In this document: positions 1-8,845 of the stretch, one piece after another
Layout: each line of letters opens with the position of its first letter
Numbering within the stretch: position 1 is the stretch's first letter
IMG/VR virus record: IMGVR_UViG_3300042198_000079
Coordinates: 1 to 64,000 of that record
Length of the DNA: 64,000 nucleotides
Origin: a virus
Reading direction: 5' to 3' (one strand)
The notes under the pieces: generated by a model
What the model was told of the DNA's origin: nothing
Seen by the model: the letters and a program-made list of their open reading frames with translations, nothing else
The model's database searches: none
Program-made: the position numbers and the translations under genes

Positions 1-162
1 TGTACAGGTCACACGAGTAAGGGTCTGGAATGGGAGACGGTGTATCATCTTCCGGCGAAGGTGAAAACGCCGGAACTGGACTGGCAGGTGCATCAAGCGT
101 TTTGCTTGATGCACGTCATCCAGACCCGTGCGAAGATGGCATTCTACACGGTCATCGACTAA
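1..162 (+). CDS. C-terminal end of a UvrD/SF1-like helicase (partial, runs in from the window edge)
   Basis: Frame 1 reads CTGHTSKGLEWETVYHL...LMHVIQTRAK...VID*, matching SF1 helicase motif V (T.H.SKGLE[WF]..V) and motif VI (..V..TRA). Not in the ORF track. Confidence 0.8.
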   Translation, partial: CTGHTSKGLEWETVYHLPAKVKTPELDWQVHQAFCLMHVIQTRAKMAFYTVID

Positions 163-191
163 ACGGTGAAGGTTAAATATTAACCCTTAGC

Positions 192-233
192 AAAAAACCC
201 CGGATGGGTCCGATCCCCATCCGGGGTTTTTTT
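192..233 (+). terminator. Intrinsic terminator, copy 1
   Basis: AAAAAA-CCCCGGATGGG-tccgatc-CCCATCCGGGG-T7, directly after the helicase stop. Confidence 0.9.
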
Positions 234-288
234 ATGTACTGTAACTTCAAATTATGGAAATTATATTCATGGATTAAGTAAAATAAAT

Positions 289-317
289 TTGACCTTTTGC
301 TCCCTATATCGTAATTT
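289..317 (+). promoter_or_regulatory. Sigma70-type early promoter, probably leaderless
   Basis: TTGACC-N17-TAATTT with an AT-rich upstream tract; GTG start 6 nt after the -10 box. Confidence 0.6.
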
Positions 318-323
318 GATGTT

Positions 324-641
324 GTGAATACCACCTATCACAACAACGACAGCCTTGCCACGGGCGAGGAAAACCTTGCCGAGAGCATCCTTAGGGACGC
401 TATCGGAGACCGGGAACGGGAAACCATCCTCCGCATTGAGGGGCATCTTGACGGGTTGTATACCCGTCAGAAGTCTCTTGCCGAGGAACTGGAAGCCTTG
501 ATGGGGGAGGAACGGTGGGAGGAGACTCCCAAGGTTCCTGCTTCCAAGGTTCCCGCCCCGGTTCCGGTGGCTCCCAAGGCTCCGGTGGCTCCGGTCAAGA
601 AAAACAAACCTTGGTTTATGTTTTGGCATGCATGGGAATAA
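324..641 (+). CDS. Small hypothetical early protein (coiled coil, Pro/Ala/Lys linker, aromatic C-terminus)
   Basis: GC-rich ORF bracketed by a promoter and a terminator. Confidence 0.75.
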   Translation: MNTTYHNNDSLATGEENLAESILRDAIGDRERETILRIEGHLDGLYTRQKSLAEELEALMGEERWEETPKVPASKVPAPVPVAPKAPVAPVKKNKPWFMFWHAWE

Positions 642-664
642 GTTAGGGTAACCTACCTTGTTCC

Positions 665-704
665 AACCCCGGATGGGTCCAATCCCCATCCGGGGTTTTT
701 TTTT
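665..704 (+). terminator. Intrinsic terminator, copy 2 (nearly identical to copy 1)
   Basis: AACCCCGGATGGG-tccaatc-CCCATCCGGGG-T9; one loop base differs from 192-233. Confidence 0.9.
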
Positions 705-706
705 AT

Positions 707-799
707 CCATTCCCAACTATCACCCATAATACACTATCACCCATTCCCAACTATCACCCATAATACACTATCACCCATTCCCAACTATCACCCATAATA
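707..799. repeat. 17-bp tandem repeat with alternating variants (34-bp period), ~5.5 units
   Basis: CCATTCCCAACTATCAC alternates with CCATAATACACTATCAC; 34-mers start at 707, 741 and 775. Confidence 0.95.
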
Positions 800-1030
800 T
801 AAAATTAACCTCCCCCCACCTCTATAATACATTAACCATTACCCCCACCCACGGCTTAGCTTAATAGTCATGCCATATGTAATATAAATCCCTTAGGGTA
901 TTTTGGTTATGCTAAGCACACATTTCACATAACCATCATGCTGTCCTTATTATTCATATACATAAAGCGTTTCAGTTTACATGTTAGGAAGTGTCACAAC
1001 ATAATGGTAAAAAGCTGTTCACGTTTACAT

Positions 1031-1140
1031 CGTATTTAATGTGCATACAAAGAACGTAGAGAGGGGGATATGTTTCTATGGGGGAACATATCAAAACGAA
1101 CCATCCCCCTCTTTACGGTGCCTTGTAGATCATTTAAACG
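1031..1140. other. Long imperfect stem-loop in non-coding DNA
   Basis: CGTAGAGAGGGGGAT (1055-1069) pairs with ATCCCCCTCTTTACG (1103-1117), extended by TACAA/TTGTA; inner hairpin GATATGTT/AACATATC. Confidence 0.65.
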
Positions 1141-1213
1141 GAGGAGGGGATGGGATGGTGCTAGTGTATTTAAATAGTAATTCCGATAGATAATATAAGA
1201 TAGAATATATTAT

Positions 1214-1436
1214 CCATAATCATTATCTATATTGATAAGCATAATATATTCCATAATAGGTTTGTTATGATATGTAATAATGATTATGGTATATAATAGA
1301 TATTATGGAAAGATAGATAGAAATATCACTTGACACTGTCAGTATATAATAGCCATAATAGTAGCTATATATTATGGTATCCATAATCTCCATATTATGG
1401 AGATTATTAAGTTTATGGAAAATTCGGTAATTATGG
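1214..1436. repeat. Cluster of CCATAAT/ATTATGG heptamers in both orientations
   Basis: Nine exact copies at 1214, 1251, 1283, 1302, 1353, 1371, 1381, 1394 and 1430; perfect 12-bp inverted repeat at 1383-1407. Confidence 0.85.
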
Positions 1437-1470
1437 AAATTATAGGGGGTTGTGACCCGGCGTTTGCCAC

Positions 1471-1810
1471 ATATCTATTGTTTATATTTTTTTATTTTTT
1501 AATATACGTGTGTATGTTTATATTTTTTTATTTTTTAATATACGTGTGTATGTTTATATTTTTTTATTTTTTAATATACGTGTGTATGTTTATATTTTTT
1601 TATTTTTTAATATACGTGTATATGTTTATATTTTTTATTTTTTTATACATGTATATGTATGAGTTTTTTTCATAATATCTATTGTTTATATTTTTATTTT
1701 TTTTTTTATTTTTTTTTATTTTTTTATACATGTATACGTGTGAGTTTTTTTCATAATATCTATTGTTTATATTTTTATTTTTTTTTTATTTTTTTATATA
1801 CATGTGTGTA
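1471..1810. repeat. T-rich 36-bp tandem repeat with degenerate extensions
   Basis: TTTATATTTTTTTATTTTTTAATATACGTGTGTATG at 1481, 1517, 1553 and (one mismatch) 1589, then variants. Confidence 0.95.
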
Positions 1811-1964
1811 TATAAAATTTTATATTTTAATATACTAATTCCCCCTAAACCCGATAAGCGGAATTAGTGGATTTAAATAAAAACGTATATATGGGAAAAA
1901 ATATACACGTTTTTATTTAATTTTTTGATATTTCGGTATCTCGTCTTTAGTTAAATAATGTTAT

Positions 1965-4076
1965 ATGTTATCATTTAAAGCTTTCCTATTAGAAGATCTT
2001 AATGCCGAATACCGTGAAATGCTTCCAGATATTGAAAGCATTGGAACAAATTTAGAATATATATTTGGGGATAAAAGAAGAATAGCACAAAAATTAGAAG
2101 GATCGGTTTATAAGTTGGATATACAAAAATATCTTGCTTCTTATAATATAGATTTCAATACATGGTTGGGATATAAAAATGAAGCAAAAAAAAGCGGAAC
2201 CAAAATAGGAAAGTTGTTAAATAAACAATTAAACGAATTAAAGAAAAATCCAGAAATAAACAAAGATGATATAGAAAATATAAAAAGACTTCTTCTAATA
2301 CCGGATTTGGAAAAAAAGACTAAATTTGAAAGTTCACAGATTTCGGTTCCTTTGTGGATTATATATTCAAGAGTACCTGTGGATATTGCTAGAATGAGTG
2401 ATTTTGATGGAATTAGTTCCTGTCATTCCCCATCAGAAGACTATTTCAAATGTGCTATGAACGAAGCACAAAATAATGGGGCAGTGGCATATCTACTACC
2501 GGAAGATCAATATCTCTTAATTAGTAATAAACTTCAAGAAGATGAAATATTTGAAGATACCGATATAGAAGATTTATCATCTACAGAAGTTATTGATTTC
2601 GTTAGTCCGATTGGTAGAATAAGATTACGAAAAATAATTGATAAAGATAAAAATGAACAAGTTGTTCCGTCCCTTAAAGTTTACGGAAAAAATAATATAA
2701 CTGTACAAAATGCCGAAAAATTTAAACATAATGTAAAAATTTGGGCACAAAAATATTTTAATGAAAAATTTTCATGGGATGATAAAAATTTTACTTTAGT
2801 TGGGGGAACCTATGAAGATACTAATTATGAAATAAACACTATGCTTAAAGATGTTTATGGATCTAAATTATCACAATTAGGCATAGAACCAGAAGAAATT
2901 AAAATCACCAAAAGTGGTTACGGTTACGAAAATATACATTTCCCTAAAGATTTTGAAGATAACAATGAATTAGATGAAGCTACAGAACAGGCGCGAGATG
3001 ATTATAAAGATAAACTTGAACGCAAATTAACAGACCGTTTTTCGCATGATAGGGGATTTTTAGAAGATATTAATGTTAACTTTGAGGAGGATTCGATAGA
3101 ATTATCGATACTTATGCCAGAAATAGATATTGAAACATCATTTTCATCAATTGACTTTTATCATAATTTTGGTGGACTTAATGTTCGTTTCATTTTAAAT
3201 AGAAATAGAGAAAAATTAAAGATTGGTTTTCTAAACTTGAATTTGTTTGGAAATTTTGAATTCGAGAATGATTACAGACATTTTGCACAACGAGAACAAC
3301 AAGTGCAGACGGCATTTAATAGAATAAATTCTTTAATATCAAAAAGTTTACCGGAAACATTATATAACGGTTTATTTTCTGTATATGAAAACAATTATAA
3401 AGACCGTATAGAAACAAAAATATATTTATATAATTTATTAGTAGAAAAAAATGCTTTAGATGATAAAGAAGAATATAAAATAGATTTAGACAAATTAACT
3501 GAAAACAATATTGAATTTCTTAGTTCATATAATGAAAAACTTTACATTACAGTCATGGCAAATTTCTACAAGGTTTGTCAATATGCAGAAATTTATATAG
3601 AAAATAACAAGTTACAACATCTAATCAGTAATCAAGATTTCCTAAAATTTTTTAGTAGTAATTATGTGAAATTTCGAGAATTATTTACTTTAAAATATTA
3701 TGAGGAAATTTTATCATTCGCTGAAACGATAGAAATGGAAATGGATGGTATAAGTCACACATCTCTTTATGATTTTATTAAAGAAAATATGAATATATTT
3801 GATTTATATTCCACGCTGACAATACATTTCGAGTATGATAGCCCGAAGTTAGCAACTTGGGATAGACCAAAAAGGGTTCCTATGAGTGTTGGTGGAAATG
3901 ATTTTGTTTATAACTTATCTCGATATAATATAAATGATATTGAAATTGCATTGAAAAATCACAAAATAATAAAGCTTTTGAATCGTTTTTCAAACATGGA
4001 AACTTTTATGACGTATCAAAAAATTGTAGAAATAACTTTCGACGTTCTAAAAGACCTTTATGATGATATTATATGA
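1965..4076 (+). CDS. 703-aa hypothetical protein, probable head-internal protein
   Basis: N-terminus MLSFKAFLLE resembles the T4 internal-protein capsid-targeting sequence; TAAATA 7 nt upstream; enzyme-like block SRVPVDIARMSD..SSCH..VAY. Confidence 0.75.
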   Translation: MLSFKAFLLEDLNAEYREMLPDIESIGTNLEYIFGDKRRIAQKLEGSVYKLDIQKYLASYNIDFNTWLGYKNEAKKSGTKIGKLLNKQLNELKKNPEINKDDIENIKRLLLIPDLEKKTKFESSQISVPLWIIYSRVPVDIARMSDFDGISSCHSPSEDYFKCAMNEAQNNGAVAYLLPEDQYLLISNKLQEDEIFEDTDIEDLSSTEVIDFVSPIGRIRLRKIIDKDKNEQVVPSLKVYGKNNITVQNAEKFKHNVKIWAQKYFNEKFSWDDKNFTLVGGTYEDTNYEINTMLKDVYGSKLSQLGIEPEEIKITKSGYGYENIHFPKDFEDNNELDEATEQARDDYKDKLERKLTDRFSHDRGFLEDINVNFEEDSIELSILMPEIDIETSFSSIDFYHNFGGLNVRFILNRNREKLKIGFLNLNLFGNFEFENDYRHFAQREQQVQTAFNRINSLISKSLPETLYNGLFSVYENNYKDRIETKIYLYNLLVEKNALDDKEEYKIDLDKLTENNIEFLSSYNEKLYITVMANFYKVCQYAEIYIENNKLQHLISNQDFLKFFSSNYVKFRELFTLKYYEEILSFAETIEMEMDGISHTSLYDFIKENMNIFDLYSTLTIHFEYDSPKLATWDRPKRVPMSVGGNDFVYNLSRYNINDIEIALKNHKIIKLLNRFSNMETFMTYQKIVEITFDVLKDLYDDII

Positions 4077-4123
4077 ATTCTTCTTTGATTAAATTGTAAT
4101 ATAATAGAATAATTTAAATTTGC

Positions 4124-4164
4124 AAAAAAAACACACAGTAATTTTTATTTACTGTGTATTTTTT
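4124..4164. terminator. Bidirectional intrinsic terminator between convergent genes
   Basis: A8-CACACAGTAA-loop-TTACTGTGTA-T6. Confidence 0.75.
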
Positions 4165-4176
4165 GTATATATTACG

Positions 4177-4596
4177 TTATTCTTTTTCAGGAAAAAATTT
4201 ATCAATTATTGACATTATGCCAGCATCTTTCAAATCCTTTAATATTGCATTCTGAAGTTCTATTTCTTCTATACTTCCTCCTTGTAATAAAAGGGACAAT
4301 GTTCCTTTAAATATTGCTGCATGAGCAATTAAATCTTTTACTATTTGGGTTACATCATCATGCTGAATTATTGGCGACGATAATTTTTTTCTTATTTCCT
4401 CTGTTTTATTTTTTATTATCTCATCACGATTAACTTTGGTTAATGAGGGTAGTAATGATTTACCAATTTTTAAACCTTTTACTGCATCGTAATAATTTTT
4501 ATTATCAAAAATATCATCTAATTTTTCATCTGGAATTTTATAACCATTTTCTAATAAAAATTTATCAAATATTGTTTTTTGATTGAACGATGACAT
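4177..4596 (-). CDS. Hypothetical protein with a FDKFLLE leader-like N-terminus
   Basis: 139-aa ORF; TAAATA-N8-ATG. Confidence 0.7.
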   Translation of the reverse strand: MSSFNQKTIFDKFLLENGYKIPDEKLDDIFDNKNYYDAVKGLKIGKSLLPSLTKVNRDEIIKNKTEEIRKKLSSPIIQHDDVTQIVKDLIAHAAIFKGTLSLLLQGGSIEEIELQNAILKDLKDAGIMSIIDKFFPEKE

Positions 4597-4621
4597 ACTT
4601 AAATTATTTAATGTAAAATTT

Positions 4622-5182
4622 TCATAATTCGGAAAACATATTTTCCAATTCGTCCAACGAATGAATGGTATAATTATAGTTTGGATTTTTATCTTTTAAA
4701 AAATCTATAATAAAGAGTTTGCGTTCTTTTATATAATATTTATATATTATTGCACTTACTAAAGAATTCATTTGGTCTGTTCCGTTTATAGAAATACGTA
4801 AATTGTAATCTTCGTATTTTGTACAATAATTTAAAATTCTAATACCTTTTGTAATATGTATAAGAAAATTCGATAACCGAAAATTTCTAGGACGATATAA
4901 ACTATTATCACAACCAAATAAATAAAGAAATCTTAAAAACCACCGGGGACACCACCAAGGTTTTGCTTTATAATCCATATATACAATTAATGGTTCCAAT
5001 TCATAAAACAAAAAATCATTATCATTAGGAACACATCCCAAATAGATAAATTTTTCGTAGAAATTTTTAGGAAAAAATATTTTAATAATATCATTTAATG
5101 TTATATTATTAAATTTAACCATTCCTTTATTTTTTCCTCTCAATAATGGAAAATATAATATATTATTTTTAATACTCTTCAT
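4622..5182 (-). CDS. Hypothetical protein (start reassigned to MKSIK)
   Basis: Upstream promoter puts +1 at the ATG at 5182; PWWCPRWFLRF block. Confidence 0.7.
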   Translation of the reverse strand: MKSIKNNILYFPLLRGKNKGMVKFNNITLNDIIKIFFPKNFYEKFIYLGCVPNDNDFLFYELEPLIVYMDYKAKPWWCPRWFLRFLYLFGCDNSLYRPRNFRLSNFLIHITKGIRILNYCTKYEDYNLRISINGTDQMNSLVSAIIYKYYIKERKLFIIDFLKDKNPNYNYTIHSLDELENMFSEL

Positions 5183-5188
5183 ACAAGA

Positions 5189-5216
5189 AACATACATCGT
5201 AAAAATAATTTGTCAA
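5189..5216 (-). promoter_or_regulatory. Early promoter TTGACA-N16-TATGTT-N6-ATG
   Basis: Read directly on the minus strand. Confidence 0.65.
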
Positions 5217-5257
5217 TTTATTATTTAATGGAATAAATAATTTTGAATACGTAAATT

Positions 5258-6301
5258 ATGTCATGCAATTCTAGAAAAGTAATATCGACTGATGATTTAG
5301 ATCCTAGTGTTTTTAGAAAAATCTTATCTGGAACAGCTCCTAATAGTGCATGGTTAATTACAATATCTTTAAGTAATGTTAATTTTATAGAAACCGATCC
5401 TATTTTTAGAACATGGGCGCAAACATATTCTGCTGGTTATCAACAAGCCTATCAAGCAATTCAAGCAGGTATAACTCCTCAAAATTTAAGTTTAGATCAA
5501 AATAGTGGAAATTTATCAATATCGAACGGAAATACTATTAATATAGCAAATATAGAATCAACAATATCAAATTCGTTTTTACCTAATGAATATATTTTTT
5601 TTAAAACATCATTAAGCGGAACTATTAGTTTTAATGTTGATTTGCCAGTAGGTCAATATTTTACATATTCTTATATGGATAATATTTCTACTGTAGTTAC
5701 TACATTGCAATCTACTACAATAGCATCATTTAGTTCCAGTAATTATGCTCCAAAAGATATTTATTTATGGAGATCTAATAACTTTGGAACTCCTGATGGA
5801 AATTCTTTTGAATTTTTTAAATGTAATAATTCTGGCTTAATAGCACTCGATACTTCTAAAGTTACAAATTTAAAAACATTAAACTTACAAAATAATTTAT
5901 TAGACGATTTTTCTCAATTTTTCAATCCGACTATTACAAGCTTAAATTTATCGAATAATAGATTTACGAATTTAAATTTGGACCGTGTTACAAACTTAGT
6001 AACTTTAAATATTTCGGGAAATTCTATAACTAATCTTAATCTTAATAATAATATAAATATAGTAGAAGTTTTTTGTCAAGGAAATGCACTTGTGTCATTA
6101 AACATGTCAGGAATAAGTTTAGGAGGAAACGGGCTTTTGTGTTCTGGTAACAATTTAAATGCTACTAGTTTAGATAATTTATACACTCAATTATCTAGTG
6201 CTAGAGTTAATGGAACTGTTATTGATGTTAGAGGAAATCCCGGAACATCATCCCATACTCCTTCGATAGCAACATCTAAAAATTACAATGTCATTACATA
6301 A
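5258..6301 (+). CDS. Leucine-rich-repeat virion/adhesin protein
   Basis: Repeated LxxLxLxNNxL units (LKTLNLQNNLL, ITSLNLSNNRF, LVTLNISGNSI). Confidence 0.8.
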   Translation: MSCNSRKVISTDDLDPSVFRKILSGTAPNSAWLITISLSNVNFIETDPIFRTWAQTYSAGYQQAYQAIQAGITPQNLSLDQNSGNLSISNGNTINIANIESTISNSFLPNEYIFFKTSLSGTISFNVDLPVGQYFTYSYMDNISTVVTTLQSTTIASFSSSNYAPKDIYLWRSNNFGTPDGNSFEFFKCNNSGLIALDTSKVTNLKTLNLQNNLLDDFSQFFNPTITSLNLSNNRFTNLNLDRVTNLVTLNISGNSITNLNLNNNINIVEVFCQGNALVSLNMSGISLGGNGLLCSGNNLNATSLDNLYTQLSSARVNGTVIDVRGNPGTSSHTPSIATSKNYNVIT

Positions 6302-6309
6302 ATATACTC

Positions 6310-8841
6310 ATGGGATTTGAAAACAATAATCTTAGCTGTAATAGAAAATATTTAACAACAGGAAATTTAGATAGTAGATATTTTATATTAAGTGGTGATT
6401 TATTAACTGTAGATATTAATGTTTCTGAAATTAGTGGAATCGAAATTAGTGGAATCGAAATAGAAGATACTGATTCTATATTTAAAACTTGGGGGGCTTC
6501 GTATTCTGCTAATTTTGATCAAATTAAAAATTATTATTTGTTATCCGGTTCTTCTTTAGAACCACAATTATTAGGATATTCTGATGATATTATAACATTG
6601 AGCAATTCGCAAAGTTCTATACCGTTTGTGAAAAAAACAATAAATGTTGATTATATTAAAAATTTATACTCTAAAGATACACTTTCAAAAATACCAGACG
6701 GTAATATACAGATCATAGCACATAATTCTACAATCAATGACAATACGACTAAAAATTTATTATCTTGCACTTTTTTATCATCCTCTCCTTCGGCAAATAA
6801 TCTTTCTTGGTATAATACCATAAATGGTCTTCAACACACTGGAACTACAGGATCTGTTAATTTAAATTTAACACAATATAATAGCATTCCATTCATAACG
6901 TATGCATGGCCTACTTCTGCGAATGGTTCCGTCCCAGTAGGAAAATTAGAAAATCTAATATTTGGATCACATTTTCAAATATTAGATTTTAATTTTGATA
7001 AAAAATATTATAACCCATTAAGTGAATTAAAATTTTTAAAAATTCAAAACTTTAATAAAAAAACATTCGACAGTGATGGACTTTCATCACTTATATCAAT
7101 ATCGTTTCAGAGTATTGTAACGAGTAGTATAAATTTAACCGGATCTAACAGTATAGAAAATATATATGTCGAGGGAAAGCCAACTTATTATGGGAATATT
7201 GGAGCAAGCAATTTTAGATGTATAAATTTTCCAGATTCTGTAAAAACTTTACATTTGAAACATTGTAATGATTTGGCTTATGGTCCAAATCTTGAATCGA
7301 TATGTGGAAATTCAAATACTGTATTATCAGCAACGAGAAATATAAAATCTTTAACAGCAGAAAATACAAATATAGATATTAATAATTTTTTTCTTAGTTC
7401 TTCTAATAATGTTTCTTCTATCACATATATAAATAATCTTGCTAATAGTCTTAGATCGTATACTGGAACAGATTTGATTTTAACAAAAGACAAATACCCT
7501 AATTTAAAAAATTTTTATGGCATAGATATTGCACATAATACTTTTTCTCTGCCCAATACTTTAGAAAATTTAGAATTGTCGTATTTTACATTAGATGCGC
7601 CTTTAGAAACGCATGTTTTGACAGGATTGAAATATTTAAAATTATCTCTTGGTTCTCTTATAACAAATATTGAAAATTTAAACAAATTAGAATTTTTATA
7701 TTTGCATTACGTCCCATATAGTGGAACCACTCTAGATACTATAAATTGTAGTTCTCTGTCATCTATAGAATTAAGAAATATGGAAATTTCATCGTTATCT
7801 AATTTTCCGTCAAATTCTGTTACAGATTTAAAAATTGAAGGCAATCCAAATAATTATAAATTTACTTCATTTAGTGCAATAAATTGGACAACAATAAAAA
7901 ATATAGATTTGAGTTATCAAAATTTTGAAAATTCTACAGTTGTTGTGAGCGCATGTCCAGAATTGAAAGATTTAACTATAAGTTATAGTAAGTTAAAAAA
8001 TATTTCAATTTCACAAGCCACAACTAATAAATTAAGTTCTATTAATTTTCAAAATAATATTCTTACAAGTTTTGGAACAGATTATAGCGGTAATAGCGCA
8101 ATAAGATATTTAAATTTATCTAATAATACTCTTTTGCAAGATTTAATATTATGGAATAATCTAAATTTAAATACTGTAATATGTAACGGATGTAGTTCAT
8201 TAAGTATAATATCGTTTAATGATTTTTCCCCTCTCGGAAGCCCACAACCAGTAGGAACAGGAAACGAATCATCGCTTGCAGGATTACAATTACAAAATTG
8301 TAATTTAAATGCCAATACACTTAATGATATTATGGTAAACTTAAAATCAAGAGTTAGTTCTGCAACTGGATATTTAGATTTTAACGGAAACCCCGGTTTA
8401 AACGAAACTGTTTTAACCTCATTTCTTGGAAATATTAAAATTTTCAATCATTGGATAGCACTATCAAAAAACTATTCCGTATCTGGATTTAATTCATCTA
8501 CTCTTCAGAGATCGCATATAGCAAACATCAATACAAATAACATAAATACAACAACTGCTGTAATAAGTGCGGACTTAATTACACTTGGAGGAGGAACCTT
8601 TTTGGAAAAAGGAATACAATATAGATTTAATAATACTTTAGGAAGTTATACGACCATAACTTCTCCCGGAGGTAGTTTAGGGACTTTTTCTGTTACAATC
8701 ACTGGTTTGAACATACCTTTATCTACTAGTCCATTTACGGTAACTAAAGATATTATATATTTTTCTTTTTTTGCTTTTACTGTTAGTGGAGATACTATAG
8801 ATTACAATACCCCCATATATAGTTTAATTATTCCTAAATAA
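6310..8841 (+). CDS. Large LRR virion/adhesin protein, paralogous to 5258-6301
   Basis: LRR units; shared N-terminal block (SCN, TD.IF.TW..SYSA) and cap (NLNA.TL..I..NL.S...GNPG); FN3-like tail. Confidence 0.8.
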   Translation: MGFENNNLSCNRKYLTTGNLDSRYFILSGDLLTVDINVSEISGIEISGIEIEDTDSIFKTWGASYSANFDQIKNYYLLSGSSLEPQLLGYSDDIITLSNSQSSIPFVKKTINVDYIKNLYSKDTLSKIPDGNIQIIAHNSTINDNTTKNLLSCTFLSSSPSANNLSWYNTINGLQHTGTTGSVNLNLTQYNSIPFITYAWPTSANGSVPVGKLENLIFGSHFQILDFNFDKKYYNPLSELKFLKIQNFNKKTFDSDGLSSLISISFQSIVTSSINLTGSNSIENIYVEGKPTYYGNIGASNFRCINFPDSVKTLHLKHCNDLAYGPNLESICGNSNTVLSATRNIKSLTAENTNIDINNFFLSSSNNVSSITYINNLANSLRSYTGTDLILTKDKYPNLKNFYGIDIAHNTFSLPNTLENLELSYFTLDAPLETHVLTGLKYLKLSLGSLITNIENLNKLEFLYLHYVPYSGTTLDTINCSSLSSIELRNMEISSLSNFPSNSVTDLKIEGNPNNYKFTSFSAINWTTIKNIDLSYQNFENSTVVVSACPELKDLTISYSKLKNISISQATTNKLSSINFQNNILTSFGTDYSGNSAIRYLNLSNNTLLQDLILWNNLNLNTVICNGCSSLSIISFNDFSPLGSPQPVGTGNESSLAGLQLQNCNLNANTLNDIMVNLKSRVSSATGYLDFNGNPGLNETVLTSFLGNIKIFNHWIALSKNYSVSGFNSSTLQRSHIANINTNNINTTTAVISADLITLGGGTFLEKGIQYRFNNTLGSYTTITSPGGSLGTFSVTITGLNIPLSTSPFTVTKDIIYFSFFAFTVSGDTIDYNTPIYSLIIPK

Positions 8842-8845
8842 TTAT

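Noticed and set aside
267-716. 149-aa minus-strand ORF
   Set aside because: Antisense shadow of 324-641, which has the promoter and terminator; it begins inside the terminator/repeat
707-799. Possible CRISPR array
   Set aside because: Units are directly tandem with no unique spacers; no cas genes in the window
1330-1350. TTGACA...TATAAT perfect hexamers
   Set aside because: Spacer is only 9 bp; TGACACTGTCA is better read as a small palindrome
1397-1675. 92-aa hydrophobic ORF (FIFFYFLIYVCM repeats)
   Set aside because: Translation of the 36-bp T-rich DNA repeat; no coding signal
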